Sequence record: NC_074632.1
Length of the DNA: 23,666 nt
Strand: one strand, 5' to 3'
Shown here: positions 1 through 7,422 of the stretch, one piece after another
How positions within the stretch are numbered: the stretch's first letter is position 1
How the letters are laid out: the number at the start of each line of letters is the position of its first letter
The notes under the pieces: generated by a model
Databases searched by the model: none
What the model was told of the DNA's origin: nothing
What the model saw: only the letters and a program-made list of their open reading frames with translations
Translations under genes and position numbers: made by a program

Positions 1-1
1 T

Positions 2-212
2 ACTTTTTTTCATGATAAATGAAATATTTTGAATTACAAAATTACAATAAATCTCAGATTGTTGAGAAGTACTAATTAAGGGAGTAATATAGGAATATAT
101 AATATATAGCGAACGGTAGGAATTTAACGACGTTGAGAAAAATTCAAGACGTTAATTTTTCCTACCATTCGGCACCGAACTATCTGAGATATATAAATCT
201 TCATGAAAAAGT
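2..212. repeat. Nested imperfect inverted repeats at the left genome end
   Basis: TTTTTCATGA 6-15 / TCATGAAAAA 201-210; ATCTCAGAT 51-59 / ATCTGAGAT 182-190; GAACGGTAGGAA 111-122 / TTCCTACCATTC 159-170 (11/12); TTAACG 124-129 / CGTTAA 150-155. Confidence 0.6.
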
Positions 213-316
213 TTGAATATTTTCAGCGTATTATGTGTTATATTTCTGGTATTACGCAACACAACATTTAAATACTTTTGAATTTTTTGCGTTTGTTGTG
301 CAATTTAAGATTTAAG

Positions 317-470
317 ATTGAAGATTTGAGATTTACAATTATTTGTACATGTCTGACGTTTAAAATTGAAAATTTGAAACTTACAATTAATTGTACATTT
401 TTGCAGTAAAAAGTTTAGAAATTGAAGATTGTAAATATTGAAGATTTGAAGTTTACAATTATTTTATCAT
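317..470 (+). repeat. Three imperfect 34-bp direct repeats in the terminal non-coding region
   Basis: ATTGAARATTTGARxxTTACAATTAxTTxTxCAT at 317-350, 365-398 and 437-470. Confidence 0.8.
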
Positions 471-499
471 TTTTGCATTTGTTGTGAAATCAAGTTATC

Positions 500-520
500 G
501 AGACAGAAAGATTTATATAC
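500..520 (+). promoter_or_regulatory. Early-type BRE/TATA promoter with no downstream ORF
   Basis: GAGACAGAAAGATTTATATAC shares AGAAAGATTTA(A/T)A with the three promoters at 985, 1501 and 2113. Confidence 0.6.
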
Positions 521-838
521 CCTATCCAGCTACGTACTATCCCGATTTTCTAGTGGAGAAATATTTCTCAGTTGGAAGATTTTTGATTTCGAATTTGGAG
601 ATTTGAGATGAAAAATTTTCGATATGGTTTTATAAAGGTTTACAGCAAAGAATTAGTATAAGTAGTGTGGGGTATCTTTCTTATTCTATATGTATAAGAT
701 ATAATATATAATATAAAATATTAGATATAGGATATAGCGATATAATATATTAGATATTATATATTTTAGAGGCGTGTGGGGGTATAGTTTTTTTGCAGAA
801 TTTTACGATTTGGAAGGTGAGAGTAGGCGATTTTTGCA

Positions 839-868
839 ATGAATATTCCTAATATGCAGCATATGGAT
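839..868. promoter_or_regulatory. 30-bp pseudo-palindromic operator-like motif, degenerate copy
   Basis: ATGAATATTCCTAATATGCAGCATATGGAT; direct repeat of 935-964. Confidence 0.5.
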
Positions 869-905
869 ATTGGTATTGTTTTTGATAGGTGGCAGTCACA
901 TAGTA

Positions 906-931
906 ACTTCGTTCGGAACTACGTTCCTCAC
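906..931. repeat. Hairpin element copy 1
   Basis: ACTTCGTTC-GGAAC-TAC-GTTCC-TCAC. Confidence 0.9.
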
Positions 932-934
932 AGT

Positions 935-964
935 ATGAATATTCCTAATATTAATCATATGGAT
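935..964. promoter_or_regulatory. 30-bp pseudo-palindromic operator-like motif
   Basis: ATGAATATTCCTAATATTAATCATATGGAT; about 25/30 to consensus ACTCATATWCCTWATATTAATAATATGAAT. Confidence 0.6.
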
Positions 965-984
965 TGTGTAAGGGGGTTTGTTAT

Positions 985-1012
985 TGAAATCAAGATAGAA
1001 AGATTTAAATAG
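985..1012 (+). promoter_or_regulatory. Early promoter (purine-rich BRE + TATA)
   Basis: TGAAATCAAGATAGAAAGATTTAAATAG, just upstream of ORF 1039. Confidence 0.8.
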
Positions 1013-1038
1013 TGGTAATGAGAGATATATAATGAGAG

Positions 1039-1410
1039 GTGGAAAGGTTGGAATTAAACTTCATGTATGATGCAACACATAAGGCACAACAAGTAGAGAA
1101 TAAAGAAGATTTAAATTGGTTTATTGAAGATTTAAAAGATTTTATTTTGAATTATAATTATGTTTATATTGGAAAAATTGGAATTAAGAAGGTTATAAGG
1201 ATTTTCCCAGAGTATTCAGATTTATTTATTGATTTTAATTCAAAGATTGGGTATGTTTTTGTTCATCAAAATGACAGATTTAAACTAGAGTTAGTATTCT
1301 TCACAAGGAAGAACTTTACGTATTTGGGAGATGAGATAAGAGTCGAATTGACAAGTGATGATGAGCTCAAGAAGTTTTTAGGTGTTTTGTTAGGTATATC
1401 ACTTTCTTAA
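1039..1410 (+). CDS. Hypothetical early protein, candidate anti-defence gene
   Basis: 123-aa ORF with its own strong promoter and T-rich terminator. True start may be TTG 1048 (SD GAGGTG) or ATG 1063. No family recognised. Confidence 0.75.
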   Translation: MERLELNFMYDATHKAQQVENKEDLNWFIEDLKDFILNYNYVYIGKIGIKKVIRIFPEYSDLFIDFNSKIGYVFVHQNDRFKLELVFFTRKNFTYLGDEIRVELTSDDELKKFLGVLLGISLS

Positions 1411-1417
1411 GTTATAT

Positions 1418-1440
1418 TTATTTTTTATGCACTATTTTTC
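1418..1440 (+). terminator. T-rich terminator module, repeated at 2041-2064
   Basis: TTTTTATGCACTATTTTT identical at 1422-1439 and 2046-2063, each after a stop codon. Confidence 0.6.
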
Positions 1441-1500
1441 TCAGGTTACATATATTATTTCTATGATTTGAAAATTTTGGTTGCCAACCTGCAATTTGTT

Positions 1501-1528
1501 TGATTTCATGATAGAAAGATTTAAATAG
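1501..1528 (+). promoter_or_regulatory. Early promoter (BRE + TATA)
   Basis: TGATTTCATGATAGAAAGATTTAAATAG upstream of ATG 1562. Confidence 0.8.
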
Positions 1529-1561
1529 CTTGAGTGAGCAGTATATATTAGGGGAAGAAAA

Positions 1562-1792
1562 ATGATAAATCAAATCAAAATTAAAAATTTTGATGAGTGC
1601 ATAAAGTTTTTTGGTATACCAAATCTATCATACAGCCAACTAAGTGGTTCAGAGCAAATATTGTTTGGGGTTTGCAATAAGTTTTTCCGTCTGGGCAAAT
1701 TGGATTTTGACGATATAGACTACGATATTTTGGACATTCAAAACCGAAGTAAATTAGAAAAGTTAATTCTTGAATTATTAGGCAGTTTTTGA
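1562..1792 (+). CDS. Hypothetical early protein (76 aa), candidate anti-defence gene
   Basis: ATG start, purine-rich leader, dedicated promoter. Confidence 0.75.
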   Translation: MINQIKIKNFDECIKFFGIPNLSYSQLSGSEQILFGVCNKFFRLGKLDFDDIDYDILDIQNRSKLEKLILELLGSF

Positions 1793-1810
1793 TTTTTGGT
1801 GATGATAAGC

Positions 1811-1987
<177 letters not shown>

Positions 1988-2112
1988 GTTATTTATTTTT
2001 CTTTTTTTCTGTTTTTCTATTTCTTTCTTTGTTTTTTATTTTATTTTTTTATGCACTATTTTTTTCACATTTGTAATACTAATTGTAAAGTTAGAAATAG
2101 TCTGCTTAATTA

Positions 2113-2139
2113 TGATTTCAAGATAGAAAGATTTATAAG
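2113..2139 (+). promoter_or_regulatory. Early promoter (BRE + TATA)
   Basis: TGATTTCAAGATAGAAAGATTTATAAG upstream of ATG 2173. Confidence 0.8.
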
Positions 2140-2172
2140 TTTGAGATACGAAATATATAATGGGGAGAAAAG

Positions 2173-2478
2173 ATGAGTAAAAATGAATTGGAAATGTTAA
2201 ACGAAATAAATAACAAAATGGATGAGATAAACAAAAAATTAGATATAATTCTTCAGAAATTAGGATTTTCAAACGTGGATTTTGACAAGGTGTTTGAGGA
2301 AGTTAAAAATCCTATGGATATTGCAGTTTTGAAAGACATAAGGGAGAGAATGGGTTTACCAAAGGAAGAATTTTACTCTAAATATTCTTCTTACATTGAG
2401 TCACATTTCCAAATGTATAGGGGCGGAGACGAAGGAATAGTTAAGCATGGAGCGATTTTCGGAATAATAAAAAGGTAG
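2173..2478 (+). CDS. Early protein with N-terminal coiled coil and probable winged-helix-like C-terminal domain
   Basis: Heptad N-terminus (LNEINNKMDEINKKLDII). C-terminal LKDIRERMGLPKEEF...GGDEG...FGIIKR resembles small proteins of Sulfolobales viruses and plasmids (recalled, not searched). Confidence 0.7.
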   Translation: MSKNELEMLNEINNKMDEINKKLDIILQKLGFSNVDFDKVFEEVKNPMDIAVLKDIRERMGLPKEEFYSKYSSYIESHFQMYRGGDEGIVKHGAIFGIIKR

Positions 2479-2499
2479 CATTTTTAATTTCATTTTATA

Positions 2500-2543
2500 T
2501 TTTTTTATCAATAATTTTTCTCAGTTTTCACATAATATTACTA
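2500..2543. terminator. 44-bp T-rich terminator module, copy 1
   Basis: 40/44 identical to 4331-4374; lies between convergent genes. Confidence 0.6.
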
Positions 2544-2551
2544 ACATATTT

Positions 2552-3022
2552 CTATTTTTGATTTTCATCTTTTTTCTTCTTTTTGAACATGTATTCTATC
2601 ACTTTTTTTATTGTTTTATCGTCAAAATTTAATATCTCAAAATGTAAATAGTATGATTTTCTAAATTTTTTCTGTACTTCTTTGTAATCAATTCGTTGAT
2701 TTGTTGCAATTAAGCGGTGATAATGCAATTTATGTTTTTCTCCTTTTTCAGCAATTGAGAATATTTCGGCATTGTAATTTTTATGCAAATATTCTCTTGG
2801 TGGTAGATATATTTCGTCAGTATTTTCTGTGCTTATTTCGATTTTTTTTGTTGTTTCGTTCGGAGCTTCGCTCCTCACTTTAGGTTTTATTGTTTCTGTC
2901 ATAAAATAGAGATATTTATAATTTTCAGCTTTGCTAAGAAATTCTTTTAATTTTTTTGCAGTTGACGTTGAAATATTGTATTTCAGTAAAATCTCTGCGA
3001 TAATGATTTCTTGATTTAGCAT
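2552..3022 (-). CDS. rep: HUH-superfamily replication initiator (rudiviral Rep, SIRV1 ORF119-like)
   Basis: Motif I-like YFMT, HUH motif II LHYHRLI, motif III EYMFK (YxxK); sits near the RHH and SSB genes as in SIRVs. Confidence 0.8.
   Translation of the reverse strand: MLNQEIIIAEILLKYNISTSTAKKLKEFLSKAENYKYLYFMTETIKPKVRSEAPNETTKKIEISTENTDEIYLPPREYLHKNYNAEIFSIAEKGEKHKLHYHRLIATNQRIDYKEVQKKFRKSYYLHFEILNFDDKTIKKVIEYMFKKKKKDENQK
2853..2878. repeat. Hairpin element copy 2 (inside rep)
   Basis: GTTTCGTTC-GGAGC-TTC-GCTCC-TCAC. Confidence 0.9.
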
Positions 3023-3085
3023 GAGAAAAACAAGGAAGTTTACATAAAAAAATGTTATGACTTAATGGTTTTGTTTGTGGTTATG

Positions 3086-3241
3086 TCATTCGTTTTCAGG
3101 CAGTTTGTTTACAAAATCTCTAATTAAATCGTTTATTGTGATATCATTGTCTATGCAATATTTTTTCAATTTTTTGTGTTGCTGTTTTGTTAATCTTATC
3201 GTTATCAATATCTTTTTTTCTTCTTGGTTTTCTGTTTCCAT
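3086..3241 (-). CDS. 51-aa RHH regulator, SvtR-like (below the ORF-track cutoff)
   Basis: Manual translation METENQEEKKILITIRLTKQQHKKLKKYCIDNDITINDLIRDFVNKLPENE; SD GGTGA upstream; KLKKYCIDNDITINDLI resembles the helices of SIRV1 SvtR. Confidence 0.8.
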   Translation of the reverse strand: METENQEEKKILITIRLTKQQHKKLKKYCIDNDITINDLIRDFVNKLPENE

Positions 3242-3365
3242 TTTTTCACCAGTTTATGTATTATCTGTTTACATTTTTAAGAAATTTTGATTTCGATATT
3301 ACGCTATTTCAAGGTTGCAACATATAAAAATGTTGACATCCTATATTAAAAATAGGAGATATAAA

Positions 3366-3659
3366 ATGGAGCATATGTTAAAAACAATTTCAAAACCCGT
3401 TTCAATACGGGTAAGTAAAACTCAATATCAGTTTTTTTTAATGCGTAGACAAGAATTGAAAAGGAAATTACTAAAAAAGGTGATGGATATGGAAAATATA
3501 AAAATAGAAAATAAACCAGACCAAGATAAAGAGATTTACAGAGATACAATATCTTTCAGGTTACCTTATCAATATTACCAAAAGCTTGCTGAAATTGCTG
3601 AAGAAAATCAAGTTAAAGTAAGTGACATTATAAGAAATATTTTATTTGGAGGCGAGTAA
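3366..3659 (+). CDS. Tandem (double) RHH DNA-binding protein
   Basis: Two RHH-like units: PVSIRVSKTQYQFF and TISFRLPYQYYQKLAEIAEENQVKVSDIIRNIL. SD AGGAG favours ATG 3366 over the track start of 3315. Confidence 0.75.
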   Translation: MEHMLKTISKPVSIRVSKTQYQFFLMRRQELKRKLLKKVMDMENIKIENKPDQDKEIYRDTISFRLPYQYYQKLAEIAEENQVKVSDIIRNILFGGE

Positions 3660-3660
3660 G

Positions 3661-4053
3661 ATGGCGAGTTTACAAGAAATATTTAACGAACTGAAAGAGA
3701 AAGTTAAGGAAAGCGGTAAGCCGGCAAACAGAGTACTAAAAATTAAAGGTCTGAAAAGGCTAGTAATTCAATTAAATGCTGTCCCAGATGGAGATTCTGT
3801 AAGATTCAGTATGACAATTCATAGTTCTAGAAATTTCAAAAAACAGTTAGGAATTGTCGCTGACGATGCACAAGATTTCGAAACAATAGCAAATTTTCTA
3901 ACGAAATATAAAGATTATCTAAGCAAATATATCAAATTTAATATACAAGATAGGAGTAATGTCGAAGATATAGAAGATACTGAAGAAACAGAAAAACAAC
4001 AGCCAAAACAAAATAAATCAAAAAAAGAAAGAAATGTTGAAGATGAATTCTAA
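3661..4053 (+). CDS. Single-stranded DNA-binding protein (SIRV2 gp17 / ORF131-like)
   Basis: MASLQEIF...RVLKIKGLKRLVIQLNAVP...SMTIHS...KQLGI and acidic tail ending VEDEF match the recalled rudiviral SSB. Confidence 0.9.
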   Translation: MASLQEIFNELKEKVKESGKPANRVLKIKGLKRLVIQLNAVPDGDSVRFSMTIHSSRNFKKQLGIVADDAQDFETIANFLTKYKDYLSKYIKFNIQDRSNVEDIEDTEETEKQQPKQNKSKKERNVEDEF

Positions 4054-4068
4054 CGCTAGTGATAAAAA

Positions 4069-4323
4069 ATGGTAGTTGATTTGAAGAGAATACAAAAAAT
4101 AATAGAAGATCAGTTTATTTCATACACGGCGCCAAGGATTGATATCATACTGTTTCCTACCGACGAGACTAGCGGTCTTTTTTATGCAGTTTATATCGTT
4201 GAATTTACGGATATTCAATATTTTACATCGCAGAAAATAGCAGAGGGCAAATATATGGTATTTCCAGAACAGAATGTTCTTATTATTAAGATCGGAGATT
4301 CTGCAAAAATTGTAAAGTTATAA
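4069..4323 (+). CDS. Hypothetical protein (84 aa)
   Basis: ATG ORF co-directional with the SSB gene and followed by a terminator. Confidence 0.7.
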   Translation: MVVDLKRIQKIIEDQFISYTAPRIDIILFPTDETSGLFYAVYIVEFTDIQYFTSQKIAEGKYMVFPEQNVLIIKIGDSAKIVKL

Positions 4324-4330
4324 TTTTTTA

Positions 4331-4374
4331 TTTTTTTATCAATAATTTTTCTCACGTTTGCCATAATATTACTA
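4331..4374 (+). terminator. 44-bp T-rich terminator module, copy 2
   Basis: 40/44 identical to 2500-2543. Confidence 0.6.
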
Positions 4375-4388
4375 TTTGCCTATTTAAC

Positions 4389-4414
4389 ACTACGTTCGGA
4401 GCTTCGCTCCTCAC
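4389..4414. repeat. Hairpin element copy 3
   Basis: ACTACGTTC-GGAGC-TTC-GCTCC-TCAC. Confidence 0.9.
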
Positions 4415-4426
4415 TCAATTTTCAAT

Positions 4427-4456
4427 ACAAATATTCCTTATATTATTTATATGTAT
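4427..4456. promoter_or_regulatory. 30-bp operator-like motif upstream of the ATPase gene
   Basis: ACAAATATTCCTTATATTATTTATATGTAT, about 25/30 to consensus. Confidence 0.55.
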
Positions 4457-4517
4457 ATTTTCATTCAATTTTACGTGAAAGAGAAGCTTAAAATATGTTG
4501 ACTCCAACGATTTACGT

Positions 4518-5828
4518 ATGGCATATCCAGAAGAATTCAAAAAAGTTTTTGAAGAAAACTCATTTTTTTTCAATCCTAGAGATGAAAATAGAATTTTGTA
4601 TTATATTTTTAAAAATCCAAATGTTCCTGATGAAAAGAAAACTAACGCATTGAAGGCTTGGAAACTAGGCAACGATAACCAATATTTTGAAATGTACAAA
4701 GCGTTTTCTAATGAAATAAAATTTATATCTAAAATTGTAAAATTTAAAGAAAAAGATGGAGAGATTCTTGCTTATTTTCAAAATGGATTTGTTTCACGCT
4801 TTGATCCAAAAATGTTAGCGGACAACCCAGACGATGCCTACAATTTGCTTCAGTCATATCTTTTAATTAAAATCAAAAAATCTACTGACAGTTGGGAAAT
4901 TTGCGATATCATGCCAGTTGAACCCGCAAAAAATGTAGATATTGCAAAGCAATTGCTCCAATTTGCTGAGGCTGAACATACAACATATTCAGTTTTGCTT
5001 TATGCGTTTGGATATGATGTTGAAAAAATGAATGCTGACGATATTTTGGTTACAGTTCCTAGGTTTTTCCCACTTTTTGTTTCGCCATATTCAAAAAGGC
5101 GTTATAACGTTATTGAAATTTCAAACCCTGGCACCGGCAAGACATCAATTTTTACAATATTACAAGAAGTTTTTAATTTTAGATATTATACGGAACCGCC
5201 AACATATGCAAATTTGGTATACGATGCGAGAAATAATATATATGGTGCAGTGTATCTGTCAAAAGGTCTTATTTTCGATGAAATTCAAACTTGGAAAAAT
5301 AGTACAAATCAGAAAAATATGGAAGCAGTAAATTCTACGTTGTCAACTGGGATGGAAAACTGCATTTGGACAAGGGGAGCAGGGACAGAAAGCAAATCTG
5401 CCGTTCTCCACAGCTGTCTTCCAATTGTCTACGCAGGAAATCCATACACTGCCGTGTTAGACAAATATTCTGCAATGAATGTTGAAGATTATTTGCAACA
5501 ATATGAAATATTTACTCCTGCAATATTGGATAGAATTCATTTAATTCACATTTCGTTGAAAAAAACTTATGATCAGATTGGGAGTAAAAGGGTGCTTTAT
5601 CCTTCAGTTTTAAAGGCTCTTGTAGATTTATTACAAGAAAAACTAAATCAACAAAATCATTTTGTAGATTGTCAAAATTTCACATCAAGAAGGCATGAAC
5701 AATCGGTCGATATACAGTTATTGCTAAGGACGTTAGATTTACAAAATGATGAAATTGAAAAGAATCAAGATGAATTTTGTGCAAAACTTCAAGACTATAT
5801 GAGATTTATAAAACTGATGGGTGATTGA
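4518..5828 (+). CDS. AAA+ ATPase (SIRV2 gp18 / ORF436-like; Lon/MCM-clade ATPase domain)
   Basis: Walker A SNPGTGKTS, Walker B LIFDE, sensor AGNP, arginine-finger-like AILDRI; 436 aa; precedes the Cas4-like nuclease. Confidence 0.9.
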   Translation: MAYPEEFKKVFEENSFFFNPRDENRILYYIFKNPNVPDEKKTNALKAWKLGNDNQYFEMYKAFSNEIKFISKIVKFKEKDGEILAYFQNGFVSRFDPKMLADNPDDAYNLLQSYLLIKIKKSTDSWEICDIMPVEPAKNVDIAKQLLQFAEAEHTTYSVLLYAFGYDVEKMNADDILVTVPRFFPLFVSPYSKRRYNVIEISNPGTGKTSIFTILQEVFNFRYYTEPPTYANLVYDARNNIYGAVYLSKGLIFDEIQTWKNSTNQKNMEAVNSTLSTGMENCIWTRGAGTESKSAVLHSCLPIVYAGNPYTAVLDKYSAMNVEDYLQQYEIFTPAILDRIHLIHISLKKTYDQIGSKRVLYPSVLKALVDLLQEKLNQQNHFVDCQNFTSRRHEQSVDIQLLLRTLDLQNDEIEKNQDEFCAKLQDYMRFIKLMGD

Positions 5829-6457
5829 AAATGGTTTATGAGAATAAAATAAAAGAAAGCTTCAAGAAAATTTATCCAGAAGATACACTTTATCCGTCCG
5901 AAATTGGGCATTGCCTGCGAAAAACAATTTTGGCGAGAAGGATTGTCCATACAAAAAATCTTTCAAATGATTTCATGGATCTTGGCGTAATTATTCATGC
6001 TGACATTGAAAATTACCTAACGCAACAATTAGGTTGCGATGCAGAGAAAGCAATTGAATATCAAATAGAAGGTGTAAAAATATCTGCAAGAATAGATTTA
6101 CTTTGTCATGGCGACCTACTTGAATTGAAAACAGTTTCGCATTTTATTCGTCAACCTTATCAAAATCATATTGTTCAAGTATCTCTTTATTTACATATTT
6201 TATCACAGTTAGGATATAATGTTAATAATGTTTACATTATTTACGTAAATAGACAAAATTATGATGTACAAGAGTTTAAAATTCAAAAAGAACAACTAGA
6301 TGCTGGTTTAAAGCAAGCAATTAAATTTATAGAAGATTATAAGAAATACAAAAATGAGCAAAATATATTTAAAATTCCATTTGCGGATTTAGTTTTTTGC
6401 AAAACTTGCGAATTTAATAATATTTGCTATGGATCGATAACTAATTTTTTAAAATGA
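5825..6457 (+). CDS. Cas4-like (RecB-family, 4Fe-4S) nuclease (SIRV2 gp19-like)
   Basis: N-terminal YPSEIGHCLRK, RIDLL...LLELKT, QVSLY, C-terminal CKTCEFNNIC (1+3 Cys). Start is TTG 5825 or ATG 5831. Confidence 0.9.
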   Translation: MKMVYENKIKESFKKIYPEDTLYPSEIGHCLRKTILARRIVHTKNLSNDFMDLGVIIHADIENYLTQQLGCDAEKAIEYQIEGVKISARIDLLCHGDLLELKTVSHFIRQPYQNHIVQVSLYLHILSQLGYNVNNVYIIYVNRQNYDVQEFKIQKEQLDAGLKQAIKFIEDYKKYKNEQNIFKIPFADLVFCKTCEFNNICYGSITNFLK

Positions 6458-6549
6458 TTCGCCTTATCTGTGTTATTTTTATTGTATGACTCTCTGGTTC
6501 ACTCCGGGGGTTATATACTTTTAAATTATATATTATTAAGAATTATAAT

Positions 6550-6879
6550 ATGGAGAATAAATTCGCTGATTGGAATAAATATAGAAGGCAAGTTAATCAA
6601 GTTATTTTGGAATATTTCAACGAAACTGGTGTGCCGTTAGCGTTGAGATCTTTATATTTTTCATTTGGGCAAAAAATATTGTCAATTGTAAAAAGACAAA
6701 AAGATAAAAATATTATAGATAAATTAGTTGAGGCAAATATTTGCTATTTTTCAAAAGGTTTTGACGCAAATGAAAGAGTATTAAGAGATATTGTAAAAAT
6801 TATATTTTTAATGAAAATTGAGAATAAAAAACCAGATGAAGTTTTGAAAGAGATTTTTACGGATAAAGCTAACCACTAA
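6550..6879 (+). CDS. Probable truncated paralogue of the major capsid protein
   Basis: 16/59 ungapped identities to MCP residues 67-125 of this genome. Confidence 0.7.
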   Translation: MENKFADWNKYRRQVNQVILEYFNETGVPLALRSLYFSFGQKILSIVKRQKDKNIIDKLVEANICYFSKGFDANERVLRDIVKIIFLMKIENKKPDEVLKEIFTDKANH

Positions 6880-6980
6880 TATACCTTATATTAATAATAT
6901 GAATATTGTGTAATTTTGATGTTTTGTTGTAAACATGCATATACATAATATTAGGTATATGCAATTTTCGTATTCAATTT
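6875..6980 (+). promoter_or_regulatory. 106-bp late regulatory module upstream of MCP
   Basis: 30-mer 6875-6904, near-perfect palindrome GCATATACATAATATTAGGTATATGC 6937-6962, CGTATTCAATTT 6969-6980; colinear with 13211-13316. Confidence 0.75.
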
Positions 6981-7017
6981 TTATAAGCTTTTAAAAATAA
7001 TAATAAATTGACGAGAA

Positions 7018-7422
7018 ATGGCGAAAGGTCATACACCAAGGAGTTATTCCCAAAGGTATGCAAAATGGTCAGGGAAATTCACTGCATTTTCAAATCCAAC
7101 GGTAGCATCAACTATACTAACTAACGTTGATGAAGTTGCAAAAGAAAATTTCCAAACTAATGTGCCAAAATTTGCATCAGTTAATGATCAAGTTAGCGCA
7201 GTACTCACTCAGTATGGCGTAACTGGACCTAGCAGAGCGATATATCAAGGCTTCGGGTTAAAAATTGCTAGAGCCTTAAACAGAATTGGATCTGGACCTG
7301 CGTTAACCAATATGATTGCCGGTCTAAAAGCTTATTACATTTCAGCATTCAATGCAAATCCTACAATTTTAGACGCTGTAACTAATATAATTACTGGAAG
7401 TCCTAACGGGTACGTTAGCTAA
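7018..7422 (+). CDS. Rudivirus major capsid protein (SIRV P134 / gp26)
   Basis: MAKGHTPRSYSQRYAKW...RAIYQGFGLKIARALNRIGSGPAL...SAFNANP...GYVS is nearly identical to the recalled SIRV2 MCP. Confidence 0.97.
   Translation: MAKGHTPRSYSQRYAKWSGKFTAFSNPTVASTILTNVDEVAKENFQTNVPKFASVNDQVSAVLTQYGVTGPSRAIYQGFGLKIARALNRIGSGPALTNMIAGLKAYYISAFNANPTILDAVTNIITGSPNGYVS

Noticed and set aside
317-470. 34-bp repeats as a mini-CRISPR array
   Set aside because: Repeats are degenerate, spacers are 14 and 38 bp, and there is no Sulfolobales-type repeat end or leader.
2036-3549. ORFs 2036-2272(-), 2701-2883(+), 3075-3290(+), 3346-3549(-)
   Set aside because: Antisense shadows of better-supported genes, with F/L/I-rich composition typical of reversed K/E-rich coding sequence.
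5825-6457. Cas4 as evidence for a CRISPR-Cas locus
   Set aside because: No cas1, cas2 or array is present; solo Cas4-like nucleases are core rudivirus genes.
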